Source of the DNA: a virus
Lineage: Duplodnaviria; Caudoviricetes
Virus record (IMG/VR): IMGVR_UViG_3300045120_000102
Location: 1-55,693 of that record
DNA length: 55,693 nucleotides
Direction: 5' to 3' (one strand)
The notes beneath the pieces were generated by a model that saw only the letters and a program-made list of their open reading frames with translations, made no database searches and was not told where the DNA came from. Within the stretch, counting starts at the first letter, position 1, and every line of letters starts with the position of its first letter. Positions 1 to 8,470 of this stretch are shown here, piece after piece. Position numbers and translations under genes: made by a program.

Positions 1-292
1 GGGCGATGATGAGATCGGCGTTTTTCGCCCGGTACAGGTTCGCCCGGTACAGGTTCGCCCCGGACAGGTTCGCCCCGGACAGGTCCGCCCGGGACAGGTC
101 CGCCCCGGACAGGTTCGCCCCGGACAGGTTCGCCCCGGACAGGTTCGCCCCGGACAGGTCCGCCCGGGACAGGTCCGCCCGGGACAGGTTCGCCCGGGCC
201 GCAACGGCTTCCGCGACAGCCGTGCGGACATCTGCCGCGGAATCAGCGGTGTAGAGAATCTTGCCGCCGGTCGATTTGATGTCGATGCTCAC
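1..292 (-). CDS. Pentapeptide-repeat protein, 3'-truncated by window edge
   Basis: GTG at 292 overlaps the upstream stop (GTGA). Translates [53 protein letters not shown] [16 protein letters not shown]. Not in the ORF track. Confidence 0.85.
   Translation of the reverse strand, partial: MSIDIKSTGGKILYTADSAADVRTAVAEAVAARANLSRADLSRADLSGANLSGANLSGANLSGADLSRADLSGANLSGANLYRANLYRAKNADLIIA
26..198. repeat. 15-bp tandem repeat (about 11 copies) encoding A(N/D)L(S/Y)(R/G)
   Basis: Repeating cgccc(c/g)ggacaggt(t/c) unit visible directly. Confidence 0.95.
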
Positions 293-708
293 GCGGTCGC
301 CTCGATCTCACCGAACGGCTGCGACCACGAACCCGCACCGGCTTTCACCTTGCACGCCCGGTCTATCGGGTCGATCCACACCCTTACCACCGGAGGCACA
401 TACGGGCGGGATGCGATCTCCCGGAACAGGTTCAGCAGAAGTCGTAGATCGTCCCCGGTTACCGACACGACGGGCGCCTCAGCGGGCGCATCTGTGGTGT
501 TGGTGAGGTGGGTGACCCACGTCAGCGCGGCGGCCTCCCCATCAGCACGCAGCAACGGCAAACCGCCACCAGTGGACAGGTTTATGAACCATCCGCCGTC
601 ATCCTCGACCGCAAATGCGACGAGTACGCCGCTGCGTCGACCGCTGATGACGGGCCCCATCATGGTGTCCCGGGTTTCCACGGTCACGGTGCTAGTTGTG
701 GGATTCAT
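289..708 (-). CDS. Hypothetical early protein
   Basis: 139 aa ORF with 4-bp overlaps to both neighbours. Confidence 0.7.
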   Translation of the reverse strand: MNPTTSTVTVETRDTMMGPVISGRRSGVLVAFAVEDDGGWFINLSTGGGLPLLRADGEAAALTWVTHLTNTTDAPAEAPVVSVTGDDLRLLLNLFREIASRPYVPPVVRVWIDPIDRACKVKAGAGSWSQPFGEIEATA

Positions 709-1139
709 GCCAGCTCACCCATGACGCCGTTGACCAGATCGGCCAGCGCCTCCGTGGTCACGGAATGCCGCATCCCTAGCTTCTCCGCGAGATAAGCCGG
801 ATGCAGTGGGTTGCTGCGTTCGATGCCGAAGCCGAACATTCCGTAACCGGAGACCGCGACGAACAGCTTCCGCGGCCGGTTGTCCATCCTGTTCGACGGG
901 CCGACCTGCGGCGGCACCGCCAGCAGGATGTCCATGTGGGAGCTGGCGTTATCGGTCCAGCCCAGCGAAACACACCCGCTGGTCCGAAGCTTCTCAGTGG
1001 CGGCGCGGTAGGTGTCGGGCGAGTTGGCGACGACGCCGTACTCGTCCTGCGTGAACGCAGGTCCGACCTCGGTAGTATCTGGTGTTGGCACAACAGTCCT
1101 TTCTTGGTTGGGTTGTGTCGGGGTGGGGTCGTCGGGCAT
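705..1139 (-). CDS. Hypothetical early protein (alternative GTG start at 1091 after GAAAGGA)
   Basis: ORF in operon chain. Confidence 0.7.
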   Translation of the reverse strand: MPDDPTPTQPNQERTVVPTPDTTEVGPAFTQDEYGVVANSPDTYRAATEKLRTSGCVSLGWTDNASSHMDILLAVPPQVGPSNRMDNRPRKLFVAVSGYGMFGFGIERSNPLHPAYLAEKLGMRHSVTTEALADLVNGVMGELA

Positions 1140-1154
1140 GGCGGCCCCACCGAT

Positions 1155-1583
1155 TTATTCGGGGTGTTCGGCGGCAGCTATGAGCCGGTCCAGGATTGGG
1201 CCGTGGTGTTCGAACTGCCGGTACTCGTCGGCGAACACGCGCAGCTCCTCGACGAGGTCGTTTCCTGGCAGAAGCATTGAAATCACACCCCTTGCCTCGT
1301 CAAGGATTTCCGAATGGAGTCGGGTGGCCCGCGCCTCAACCGTGGGAGGTGCGGGAGGCGCGGGCCGGGTCTGCCGACCACCATGGTCGGGGGGGACCAC
1401 AGCGGTGGCAGACGTTTGGGTGGAACTCATCCACATGGGGTACCGCTCTGATCCATCGGTCCAGCGGAAACCCGGTGAAACTTCTTCGGCGGCTTCGTCT
1501 TCCGCCAACGCATCCGCAGCCGCATACGCTTGCCGGTGCGGGTCCGAAGCCCAAAAGCTGAACAACCAACTGAGGCACATCAC
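1155..1583 (-). CDS. Hypothetical early protein
   Basis: ORF with GAGGA RBS. Confidence 0.6.
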   Translation of the reverse strand: MMCLSWLFSFWASDPHRQAYAAADALAEDEAAEEVSPGFRWTDGSERYPMWMSSTQTSATAVVPPDHGGRQTRPAPPAPPTVEARATRLHSEILDEARGVISMLLPGNDLVEELRVFADEYRQFEHHGPILDRLIAAAEHPE

Positions 1584-1652
1584 CTAGACATCCTCTCGGT
1601 GAGACGCATGCCCAGCCAGAACATGACCGGCTGCGAATACCACAGCCCCCAT

Positions 1653-1844
1653 TCAAGATTCGTCATACAGCCCTCCTAGATGCTCATTCATTGCGGCGTC
1701 CAAGCGGTCCATGTCGATGTCCGCCAATGTGGTTGCGATGCAGCGGTTGATGACGCCGACCACACACCGGGCCTGTCTGGCTTTAAGCCACACACCTGCC
1801 GAGACAAGAGCAGCCAGGAAGGCGGGGCACATGGCGGCGTTCAT
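1653..1844 (-). CDS. Small hypothetical protein, hydrophobic N-terminus
   Basis: ATGA overlap with upstream gene. Confidence 0.55.
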   Translation of the reverse strand: MNAAMCPAFLAALVSAGVWLKARQARCVVGVINRCIATTLADIDMDRLDAAMNEHLGGLYDES

Positions 1845-2077
1845 GGCGCGCAACCCCCAGCCAAAGAACAGTCAGGGCAACGGAACCGCGACCCCAGCGA
1901 CCCATCCGTGTTGACGTAAGTCGCATCCCGCGGGACACATGACCAGCCCGGAGACAGCCCCGCTATTTCCGGGTGCCCGTCTCGCCTAACGCGCAGTTTG
2001 TTGGATGTTATGCCGCACTTCCAGCACACGGCTAGCAGTGAGCTGCCGGGGCCGCGGACCCAGTTCACGGGGGTCAC
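1841..2077 (-). CDS. Small Cys-rich (CxxC...CxxC) protein
   Basis: GTGA/ATGA overlaps; CWKC and CPDC motifs. Confidence 0.6.
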   Translation of the reverse strand: MTPVNWVRGPGSSLLAVCWKCGITSNKLRVRRDGHPEIAGLSPGWSCVPRDATYVNTDGSLGSRFRCPDCSLAGGCAP

Positions 2078-2292
2078 CACGTCGTCATCCCAAGATCGGT
2101 TGCCGGGCAGTCGCATTCGTCGAGCAGCGTTTCGACTGCTTTGGCGAGCGCCGCTATCAGCGCGAACGTGTCGAACGCAACCATGGAGACGGCCTGCGCG
2201 TTGAACGGCCGCGTTTCCATGGTTGCGGTTTGGCGGCCACTTTCGGCGATCACCCAGCGGACAAGGTCTTGGGCGTCTGATCGTTGGCTCAT
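2074..2292 (-). CDS. Small hypothetical protein
   Basis: ATGA overlap chain. Confidence 0.6.
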   Translation of the reverse strand: MSQRSDAQDLVRWVIAESGRQTATMETRPFNAQAVSMVAFDTFALIAALAKAVETLLDECDCPATDLGMTTW

Positions 2293-2444
2293 GCGATCAC
2301 CCCGTGGACGGGGCAGGTGCAGGTGCGGTCGGCTTGCGGAGCCCTCAGCGCCGCTGCGGTGATCTCCTGCCGCACAATTTCCCGGACACGCTTCTCGGTG
2401 ACACCTTTGGCGCTGAAGTCGGTGGCCTCTGATCGGGGGGTCAT
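2289..2444 (-). CDS. Small hypothetical protein (51 aa)
   Basis: MTPRSEATDF...; ATGA overlaps both ends; below the ORF-track cutoff. Confidence 0.55.
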   Translation of the reverse strand: MTPRSEATDFSAKGVTEKRVREIVRQEITAAALRAPQADRTCTCPVHGVIA

Positions 2445-2632
2445 GGCTCAACCTCGATGGTTACATCCATGCCGTCGATGAACTCGTCTAAGCTCATTGC
2501 CCCGTCGTCGAGCTGCTCGACATCGAATTTGGCTGCCTCTAAAGGAGTTTCGACGGCTTTCCCATCGACATACGCGCCCTCGTAGTGCTCAAGTTTTGGC
2601 TCGTAAGTCGCCCTGATCACTATCGTGGGCAT
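2441..2632 (-). CDS. Small acidic hypothetical protein
   Basis: MPTIVIRATYEP...; stop overlaps next start. Confidence 0.6.
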   Translation of the reverse strand: MPTIVIRATYEPKLEHYEGAYVDGKAVETPLEAAKFDVEQLDDGAMSLDEFIDGMDVTIEVEP

Positions 2633-2669
2633 AGTTTCATTCCCCCAGTCGAAGAGTTGTCGGGAAGAT

Positions 2670-2828
2670 TCATGCGAACACCCGCTCGGCGAGGACGGCG
2701 ACCGCTGACCCGGCCCACCACGCCCCGTACCCGATGATGCCAACCGGCGCAGCGAAGAGTGTGCCCATCAGCAGCGGGTATGTGAGGGCGACGAACCGGG
2801 GTGTCTGGTTAGGTTCACGGTGCGTCAT
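2670..2828 (-). CDS. Small membrane protein
   Basis: Hydrophobic 52 aa; ATGA overlap. Confidence 0.55.
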   Translation of the reverse strand: MTHREPNQTPRFVALTYPLLMGTLFAAPVGIIGYGAWWAGSAVAVLAERVFA

Positions 2829-3355
2829 GCGCCCCCTCCCAGTTCGGAGATGCGCGCCTTCGGTACCAGCTCGCCAACCGTGGGGATGCGCCCGAGGAAC
2901 TGTTGCGCAGCGTCTGAGTCCAGCGCGCCAATCGTCAACTCGCGCAGAAGGTTCAACTCCTGCTGGTCCAAGCGGGTGGAGGCGTCGGCGATCTGCTGCG
3001 GAACGGAGGCGATCAGTGCCTTGTGTAGTTGACTGCGGCTTGGGTCGGAGACAAGTAGGCCGTTGTATCCCACGCTCAAACTCAGGGTCGGCTCCAACTC
3101 TTGAAGTGCGCCCATGATCTGCTGGCACACCGTTTCGTAGTCCCGCTTCGCGGCGGATAGGTCACGGCGGGCCTGTTCGATGCGCTCGTCTTGCTGGCGG
3201 TATCGGCGCAGTAGCTCGGACTCGATTTCGCCGACGAGTTCGTCTTTGCGGCGCTTCACGTCATTGCGCAGGATCGCGAATTGCTTCTTGATCAGCGAAC
3301 GCAGTTCACGCCGGTCGCCGGGGGTTAGTTCACGGGCGATGTCTGCCGCGCTCAT
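2825..3355 (-). CDS. Coiled-coil hypothetical protein
   Basis: 176 aa, helical/charged; ATGA overlaps. Confidence 0.75.
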   Translation of the reverse strand: MSAADIARELTPGDRRELRSLIKKQFAILRNDVKRRKDELVGEIESELLRRYRQQDERIEQARRDLSAAKRDYETVCQQIMGALQELEPTLSLSVGYNGLLVSDPSRSQLHKALIASVPQQIADASTRLDQQELNLLRELTIGALDSDAAQQFLGRIPTVGELVPKARISELGGGA

Positions 3356-4164
3356 GCGGTCCCACCCGTCACCAGCGTCAGAGCGGACTCGGATACAACG
3401 TTGGCGTAATGCCGGGCCCACACCGAATCGAACAACGCTCGGTCGGCCTCGGTGTAGGCGTTTACCTCACGGATGGAGCCGTTGGGCAACTCCTGGTGAT
3501 GCCGCTGAGGTTCACGGTCGTGCTCGACGATGTAGCGGGCCTTCAGTCGCTTCCCGAACCCGGATGCCTTCGCCGATATCAGGGTCTGCGAGAGTCCCTT
3601 CGACTTGAGGTAGTCCCACACGTAGAGGGGGATGTCGTCGTGTGAGATTTCGGGGGCTTCGCCGAGTGCCCGGGCCAGGACGACGCGGCCCTTGGCTTCG
3701 AGGTGCCGGGGGTCGACGATGCCTTTGAGTGCTTGGAGTACGGCGGCTTGGGTTTGAGCTTGGCGGGCGAGGCGGTCGAGCTGGTCTTCGGTGGCGCGGT
3801 GGTTGATGGCGCCGCCGTCGTTGAAGTAGGCGTCGAGCGCGTCGGCGGCTTCGGCTTGGAACGCTTCGATGATGGGGCGTGCGGTGGCGGATACGCGGCT
3901 GCTGTCGATGGTGGCCAGCCACATCGTGAAGGTGCGGCGGTCGATCATCGCCATTTCGCGCGATTTGCCGTCCGTGCCAACCGTGTCCGTCATGTACACG
4001 GTTGCCCATGACCTGCTGTTCAGCTTCTGGATCTGGCGCGAGGGCTCTAGGCCGATGGCCTCGCATGAGTGCCGCAAGGACACCAACGGCTTGCCTTCAA
4101 CCAGGGTCGCTGTGATGTTCCGGTCAGTCCCGGGCACCGGGACGTGTACCAGCTCGGCGCTCAC
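3352..4164 (-). CDS. Phage antirepressor (P22 AR N-terminal-like domain)
   Basis: EGKPLVSLRHSCEAIGL...DGKSREMAMIDRRTFTMWLATI...FQAEAADALDAYF pattern; lies right after the cro-like gene. Confidence 0.8.
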   Translation of the reverse strand: MSAELVHVPVPGTDRNITATLVEGKPLVSLRHSCEAIGLEPSRQIQKLNSRSWATVYMTDTVGTDGKSREMAMIDRRTFTMWLATIDSSRVSATARPIIEAFQAEAADALDAYFNDGGAINHRATEDQLDRLARQAQTQAAVLQALKGIVDPRHLEAKGRVVLARALGEAPEISHDDIPLYVWDYLKSKGLSQTLISAKASGFGKRLKARYIVEHDREPQRHHQELPNGSIREVNAYTEADRALFDSVWARHYANVVSESALTLVTGGTA

Positions 4165-4358
4165 GAAGCTGCCTCGTCGGTCAGCAGCTCTTGAATGTCC
4201 GAGCGTGAGTAGCGCCGATGTCCGGTGGGGGTCCGTAGGGCGGTGATGCGGCCGGACTTCTCCCAGCGACGGAGCGTGTCCGTGGAGATTCCGAGAATGT
4301 AAGCGGCCTCACCAACGCTCAGTTTTCCGTCTTCAGGTACAGCATGCTTATTTCGCAT
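4161..4358 (-). CDS. MerR-like HTH protein (Cro/excisionase)
   Basis: [26 protein letters not shown]...TPTGHRRY; divergent from the repressor. Confidence 0.85.
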   Translation of the reverse strand: MRNKHAVPEDGKLSVGEAAYILGISTDTLRRWEKSGRITALRTPTGHRRYSRSDIQELLTDEAAS

Positions 4359-4394
4359 ACCGCAGACTTAAGCAGGCTTAGCCTCATGTGTCAA
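4342..4394 (-). promoter_or_regulatory. Early lytic promoter (TTGACA-18-TAAGTC, leaderless) overlapped by GCAnnCTTA repeats
   Basis: tgtcaa at 4389-4394, gactta at 4365-4370, ATG 6 nt downstream; repeats at 4342, 4362, 4372. Confidence 0.6.
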
Positions 4395-4434
4395 GCATGG
4401 GGGAGCGTGTGTCTGTCGCGACCGGATCTGATCA

Positions 4435-4463
4435 TTGCGCGGGTTACATGGGTCTGCCACACT
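4435..4463 (+). promoter_or_regulatory. Repressor promoter (TTGCGC-17-CACACT, leaderless)
   Basis: Spacing correct; ATG 4470 follows 6 nt after the -10 box. Confidence 0.45.
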
Positions 4464-4469
4464 TTGCAC

Positions 4470-4820
4470 ATGAGTGTTGACATTGCCTACGTGATCCCGG
4501 TATGGACACTTGGGGACCGTCTACGGAAGATCCGGGCCGATCTTGGCCTCGGCCAAAAGGAGTTCGCGTTCTCGATCCAGGTGACGGCGAGTGCACTGGC
4601 CCAGTGGGAAACCCACCGATCTAAGCCCAGGGATCAGGTTGAGATCGCCCGACGCATCGAGAAGGCCCACCGTGTGCCAGCGGCCTGGACGCTCGGCTTG
4701 GCTACGTCCAGTGATGCCGACGGGGGTTTGCTGCTCCCTTGGATAGATTCAAACGTGCAAACGCACGGTTGCCGTGGCAAATCCTTTTGGCCTGCACGTG
4801 AGCTAGTTAACGTGGCCTGA
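4470..4820 (+). CDS. Immunity repressor (XRE HTH), 116 aa
   Basis: [22 protein letters not shown]...LAQWE HTH; stop overlaps the integrase ORF (TGATG). Confidence 0.85.
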   Translation: MSVDIAYVIPVWTLGDRLRKIRADLGLGQKEFAFSIQVTASALAQWETHRSKPRDQVEIARRIEKAHRVPAAWTLGLATSSDADGGLLLPWIDSNVQTHGCRGKSFWPARELVNVA

Positions 4821-5713
4821 TGACCACGACAATTTGTAGTAGCAAACAGTTAGCTGGTATTTGTCAGAGCATGACACAACGAACGTACAGCCTGCCCCCG
4901 GGGTGGGAGGAAGCCATCGGGCAGTGGGTCGCGTGGATGACCATCTCCGCTGCTAGCCCGGAAACCATCCGGGTCCGCAGGGGCGCGGTGCGCTACATCG
5001 CCCGACACACCCAGAGCGAATCCCCCACAGACATCACGACCAGCCAGCTCGTCGCGGTGTGCGCAGCCCGGCGATGGTCGAACGATCACCGACGCAACAT
5101 GCGGTCCCACATGGTCACGTTCTACGACTTCTGCACCCAAACAGGGATATGTGAGGCAAACCCGGCGCGTAACCTGCCCGTGGTGCCGGAATCGAAACCC
5201 CGCCCCCGCCCCGCGACCGACCAAATCTGGTCCGACCTGCTCACCGCCGCACCCCCACGCGAACAACTGATGGCACGCCTCGCCGGGGAAGCCGGACTCC
5301 GACGGGCGGAAGTCGCCCAGGTGCATCGCGACGACCTGATCCACGACCTCGGAGGGTGGTCGCTGATCGTTCACGGCAAAGGCGGCAAGCAACGCACGGT
5401 ACCAATCACCGACGGTTTGGCGGCAACGCTCCGCACTCACCGCTACGGGTATTCGCCGCGCGGCTACCTGTTCCCCGGCCGCACTGACGGTCACGTCTCC
5501 CCCGGGCATGTCGGGGTGCTGATCTCGCATCTCATGCCGGACGGCTGGTCAATGCACAGGCTCAGACATCGGTACGCGTCTCGCGGGTACGCGGGGACCG
5601 GGAACCTACGCGCGGTGCAGGAAGCCTTAGGTCATGCGAGTGTCGCCACGACAGAGCGCTACACCTTGGTCACCAGTCGTGATGTGCGGGCAGTAACAGA
5701 AGCAGCAGCGTGA
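4820..5713 (+). CDS. int: Small tyrosine integrase lacking an arm-binding domain (start 4820 or 4871)
   Basis: Catalytic GLRRAE, GKGGK, HRLRH, LGHAS, TTERY; ends EAAA. Confidence 0.92.
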   Translation: MTTTICSSKQLAGICQSMTQRTYSLPPGWEEAIGQWVAWMTISAASPETIRVRRGAVRYIARHTQSESPTDITTSQLVAVCAARRWSNDHRRNMRSHMVTFYDFCTQTGICEANPARNLPVVPESKPRPRPATDQIWSDLLTAAPPREQLMARLAGEAGLRRAEVAQVHRDDLIHDLGGWSLIVHGKGGKQRTVPITDGLAATLRTHRYGYSPRGYLFPGRTDGHVSPGHVGVLISHLMPDGWSMHRLRHRYASRGYAGTGNLRAVQEALGHASVATTERYTLVTSRDVRAVTEAAA

Positions 5714-6186
5714 GGGTTACCATTCCAGCCATGACGGGGGCATCGAACGCGACGAAACGCTACTTCTTCTGCCCGCACTGCGGGGCGGGGCTCACAATTC
5801 CAGCGGACTCAACCGCGACCAGGTTCAAGTGCGGGGAGTGCGGCCAATCAGCACCCGTCCCGTCGGTCCCACCCACGGTCCGGTACCCGGTGCCCGACTC
5901 CGATACCAGCAGGGCAACGGCCGTAGCGGTCGGCGTCTGCCTGCTCATCGTCATCGGGTTCGTGATGTCAATGCAGCCAGTGAGCCTCATGAGTGGTTCA
6001 GCGGTGGTGTGGACTGGGGCGGCCGTCGTAGCGGCCGGGACCGCCGCCGCGTTCTTCTTACGCGCCGCCATGTGGGTCCGCGTCGTCGCCGCCGTGGTTT
6101 TAGCTCTCGCTCTCATCAACGCGATTTCCCTTGAGCACGAGATGTCGAAGAGGCGCGACGAGGTTACTCGGATACTCCACAGGTAG
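5710..6186 (+). CDS. Zn-ribbon + multi-TM membrane protein (lysogeny-expressed candidate)
   Basis: CPHC...CGEC followed by three hydrophobic segments; GTGA overlap with int. Confidence 0.7.
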   Translation: MRVTIPAMTGASNATKRYFFCPHCGAGLTIPADSTATRFKCGECGQSAPVPSVPPTVRYPVPDSDTSRATAVAVGVCLLIVIGFVMSMQPVSLMSGSAVVWTGAAVVAAGTAAAFFLRAAMWVRVVAAVVLALALINAISLEHEMSKRRDEVTRILHR

Positions 6187-6206
6187 ACCCCTGGACGCAG
6201 AAGAAT

Positions 6207-6241
6207 GCCCCCGCCCTAGACTTGAGTCCGAAGGCGGGGGC
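6207..6241. terminator. Intrinsic terminator between convergent operons
   Basis: gcccccgcc...ggcgggggc inverted repeat; T-rich tail on the minus strand. Confidence 0.65.
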
Positions 6242-6301
6242 GTATAACGCTCATTGGGGGTGTGCGGCGAACCTACAACATTTCGGGGCGCAGCTTATAG
6301 G

Positions 6302-6538
6302 TCAGTGGAACAGTCCGAGGATGTCGGCGCCGCCAGCCTCGACGACACGCAGCTCTCTGCTAAGCCGTGCAACATCGCGTTGGATTTGTGTCTCAGCGCG
6401 GATCGCCTGCAAGTCGGAGATGCTGTAGCCGCGACCCGGCGGCCTGCAGGTCAGGCAGTACAGGCGGTGGACCTCACCGACGATCTCCAGGCAGGCGTTG
6501 CCGGGGTCGATCTCGACGGCGCACCCAACGCACTCCAT
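6302..6538 (-). CDS. Small CxxC...CxxC protein
   Basis: MECVGC...CLTC; last gene of the late operon. Confidence 0.55.
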   Translation of the reverse strand: MECVGCAVEIDPGNACLEIVGEVHRLYCLTCRPPGRGYSISDLQAIRAETQIQRDVARLSRELRVVEAGGADILGLFH

Positions 6539-6560
6539 GCTTGAACAGCGTAGACCCCTG

Positions 6561-6668
6561 TCACCGGCAGAGTGCTCCTGCCTTGAAACACAAGTCGACG
6601 ATCTCAACGACCAGCACCATCACCAAGAGTGTGACCAACACCCAGAACGGGTGATCGGTGAACTTCAC
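6561..6668 (-). CDS. Single-TM micropeptide (35 aa)
   Basis: MKFTDHPFWVLVTLLVMVLVVEIVDLCFKAGALCR; GTGA overlap. Confidence 0.5.
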   Translation of the reverse strand: MKFTDHPFWVLVTLLVMVLVVEIVDLCFKAGALCR

Positions 6669-6763
6669 AGCCGGTCGGCAATCCAGCAGAGCAGCAGGGA
6701 GAGCAGGACCAACCCGGCCCACCCGGCGAGCATGTGCATGTGCAGCACGTACAGGGCCGTCAT
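6665..6763 (-). CDS. Single-TM micropeptide (32 aa)
   Basis: MTALYVLHMHMLAGWAGLVLLSLLLCWIADRL; overlaps both ends. Confidence 0.55.
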   Translation of the reverse strand: MTALYVLHMHMLAGWAGLVLLSLLLCWIADRL

Positions 6764-7164
6764 TTCCTCGCTGTCGTTAGTCGGTCGCGGATCTTCTCAA
6801 GCACGTGACGATCGGGCGGCAAACCGGTGGTGTTATCCAGGTGGTTGGTGAGTGCGTCACGGGATACAACGATCGTGTCAGATAGGACAGCTATCTCGTT
6901 GCGGGCGTTAGACAGCTCGTTGCGCAGCTTGCCCGCCTCTTTGCGGGCCCTGTCCGCGTCCTTACGCTCGTTGTCCGCTGCTGCTGCCAGCACCGCCATC
7001 TGCCCGAGCAGGACACCTGTGTAGGCGGCTTGTTTGCCGGCGACGTCCGCTTTCTGAACTGATCGGTTCGTCAGCCACGCGAACGTGGTGGCTAGGGGGA
7101 CGCCGATCAGGGCGCCGGCTGCTGTGACGAGGGTGGCGACCGCTCCCCAGTTAGCTACGTTCAT
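6760..7164 (-). CDS. TM + coiled-coil lysis accessory protein
   Basis: N-terminal TM helix then coiled coil, typical post-holin gene. Confidence 0.75.
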   Translation of the reverse strand: MNVANWGAVATLVTAAGALIGVPLATTFAWLTNRSVQKADVAGKQAAYTGVLLGQMAVLAAAADNERKDADRARKEAGKLRNELSNARNEIAVLSDTIVVSRDALTNHLDNTTGLPPDRHVLEKIRDRLTTARK

Positions 7165-7645
7165 CGCCCAGGTCAATCTTGACCTTGCGGGCGTTGATGT
7201 AGTCGTTGACGGCGAGCATGGCCGCTGATGCTGACAGCCCGGACATGAACAAAACCCACATCGTTTCGCCGGCCGCGTACGCGGTGAACATTGTGGTGGC
7301 TGTCATCAGGCAGATAGCGGCATCGCCGGCCAGTTGGTACCCCCAACCGGCTCGTTCGCCGAGTTTCGATCGGCATCCTGTGACGGCGAAGTGGCGGACA
7401 GTCTGCCCGAGCCACACCAGCGGGGGGGCCAGGACGTGCAGGAGCGCCCACACCCAGTACACCCTTCCGGGTAGGGCAGCTGTGACGTCTATGGGTGCGC
7501 CGACACCAGAGCAGGCGAGGATGCCCCACAGGAACACGCCGATCAGGATGAGGGCGTGGTAGGTGGTGAGGCTGCTGAACAGCACATGCCAGCCGAGTGG
7601 TTCGTCGGCGCGGCGGCGGTCATGGAACGGATAGTGAACGTTCAC
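7151..7645 (-). CDS. 4-TM membrane protein (holin-like)
   Basis: Four hydrophobic segments; lysis cassette. Confidence 0.75.
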   Translation of the reverse strand: MNVHYPFHDRRRADEPLGWHVLFSSLTTYHALILIGVFLWGILACSGVGAPIDVTAALPGRVYWVWALLHVLAPPLVWLGQTVRHFAVTGCRSKLGERAGWGYQLAGDAAICLMTATTMFTAYAAGETMWVLFMSGLSASAAMLAVNDYINARKVKIDLGDERS

Positions 7646-7989
7646 CGTGACTCATCGGATGGGTCGATGTCCAGCACGATGTCTTCGTCGACGGGGAACT
7701 CGCCCGGTTTGGCCTGGTAGGTCTGCTGTGCCGAGCCGCCGAGGAAGCCGACCAAACCGCCGAAGATCAGTGAGAGCACGCTGGCGAGCAGTGTGTTGTA
7801 GTTCCCTGCGAGGTCGTTGACTTCAGGGTTGGCGAGGTTGTTCCAGACCGATCCGACGGAGATGACCAGCAGTGAGAGGCCGGCGAATACGCCGAGGATG
7901 ATCGCTAACCAAACGCGCGCGGCGTGGGTTTCTACGACACGGACCCATAGCTTGTGCTTAGGCTTCGGTTTCTTGTCGCCATTTTCCAC
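7642..7989 (-). CDS. 2-TM membrane protein
   Basis: Two hydrophobic segments. Confidence 0.75.
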   Translation of the reverse strand: MENGDKKPKPKHKLWVRVVETHAARVWLAIILGVFAGLSLLVISVGSVWNNLANPEVNDLAGNYNTLLASVLSLIFGGLVGFLGGSAQQTYQAKPGEFPVDEDIVLDIDPSDESR

Positions 7990-7994
7990 AGTCC

Positions 7995-8240
7995 TCAGCC
8001 TGGCTGTGCGTGGCTGCCGGTGACCGCTTTAGGGTTCGGCCCATTAGCTGGCGCATGATAAACCGTGATCGCAGCCGCGCAGGAAGCGAAGAGCAGTGCT
8101 GCCCACCCCTTAGGTGTCTGCGGTAGCGGCTCATTGTTTTTCGCCCACCCAGTGACCATGATCGTCACCACCGACACAACGAACGTGGCCACCGCCTTCG
8201 AGGCGTATTTCACATACGCCAGCGCATCCGTTTTGGTCAT
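7995..8240 (-). CDS. Putative holin
   Basis: 2 TM, KAVA...GW...VYHAPANGP, resembling actinophage holins. Confidence 0.7.
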   Translation of the reverse strand: MTKTDALAYVKYASKAVATFVVSVVTIMVTGWAKNNEPLPQTPKGWAALLFASCAAAITVYHAPANGPNPKAVTGSHAQPG

Positions 8241-8470
8241 TCAACCTCTCCTCTGAGCTCTCGTTTCACTTCGATGATGGCGTGCTCAGCCCAGTCATCG
8301 ACGAACCCGAAACCCTCCGTGCAGTAACACAACACATGCTTCGTGTCGCCCGGGTCGGTGTCCACGTCGATGATCGGGATGTGATGCGCCACAGCGTGCG
8401 TCAGGTCTTCGATGCGAGGTTCAAGCCGCTGCCACAACTGCGAGCACAGGCCGTCGGTCAGACCGCTCAC
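8237..8470 (-). CDS. Hypothetical protein
   Basis: Overlap chain. Confidence 0.65.
   Translation of the reverse strand: MSGLTDGLCSQLWQRLEPRIEDLTHAVAHHIPIIDVDTDPGDTKHVLCYCTEGFGFVDDWAEHAIIEVKRELRGEVE

Noticed and set aside
26-198. CRISPR-like array (also 55515-55693)
   Set aside because: Tandem coding repeats with no unique spacers and no cas genes
6-254. Plus-strand RFAPD-repeat ORF
   Set aside because: Antisense shadow of the pentapeptide gene
4732-4770. Functional tRNA gene
   Set aside because: Only a degenerate 3' half; T-stem unpaired and no 5' half
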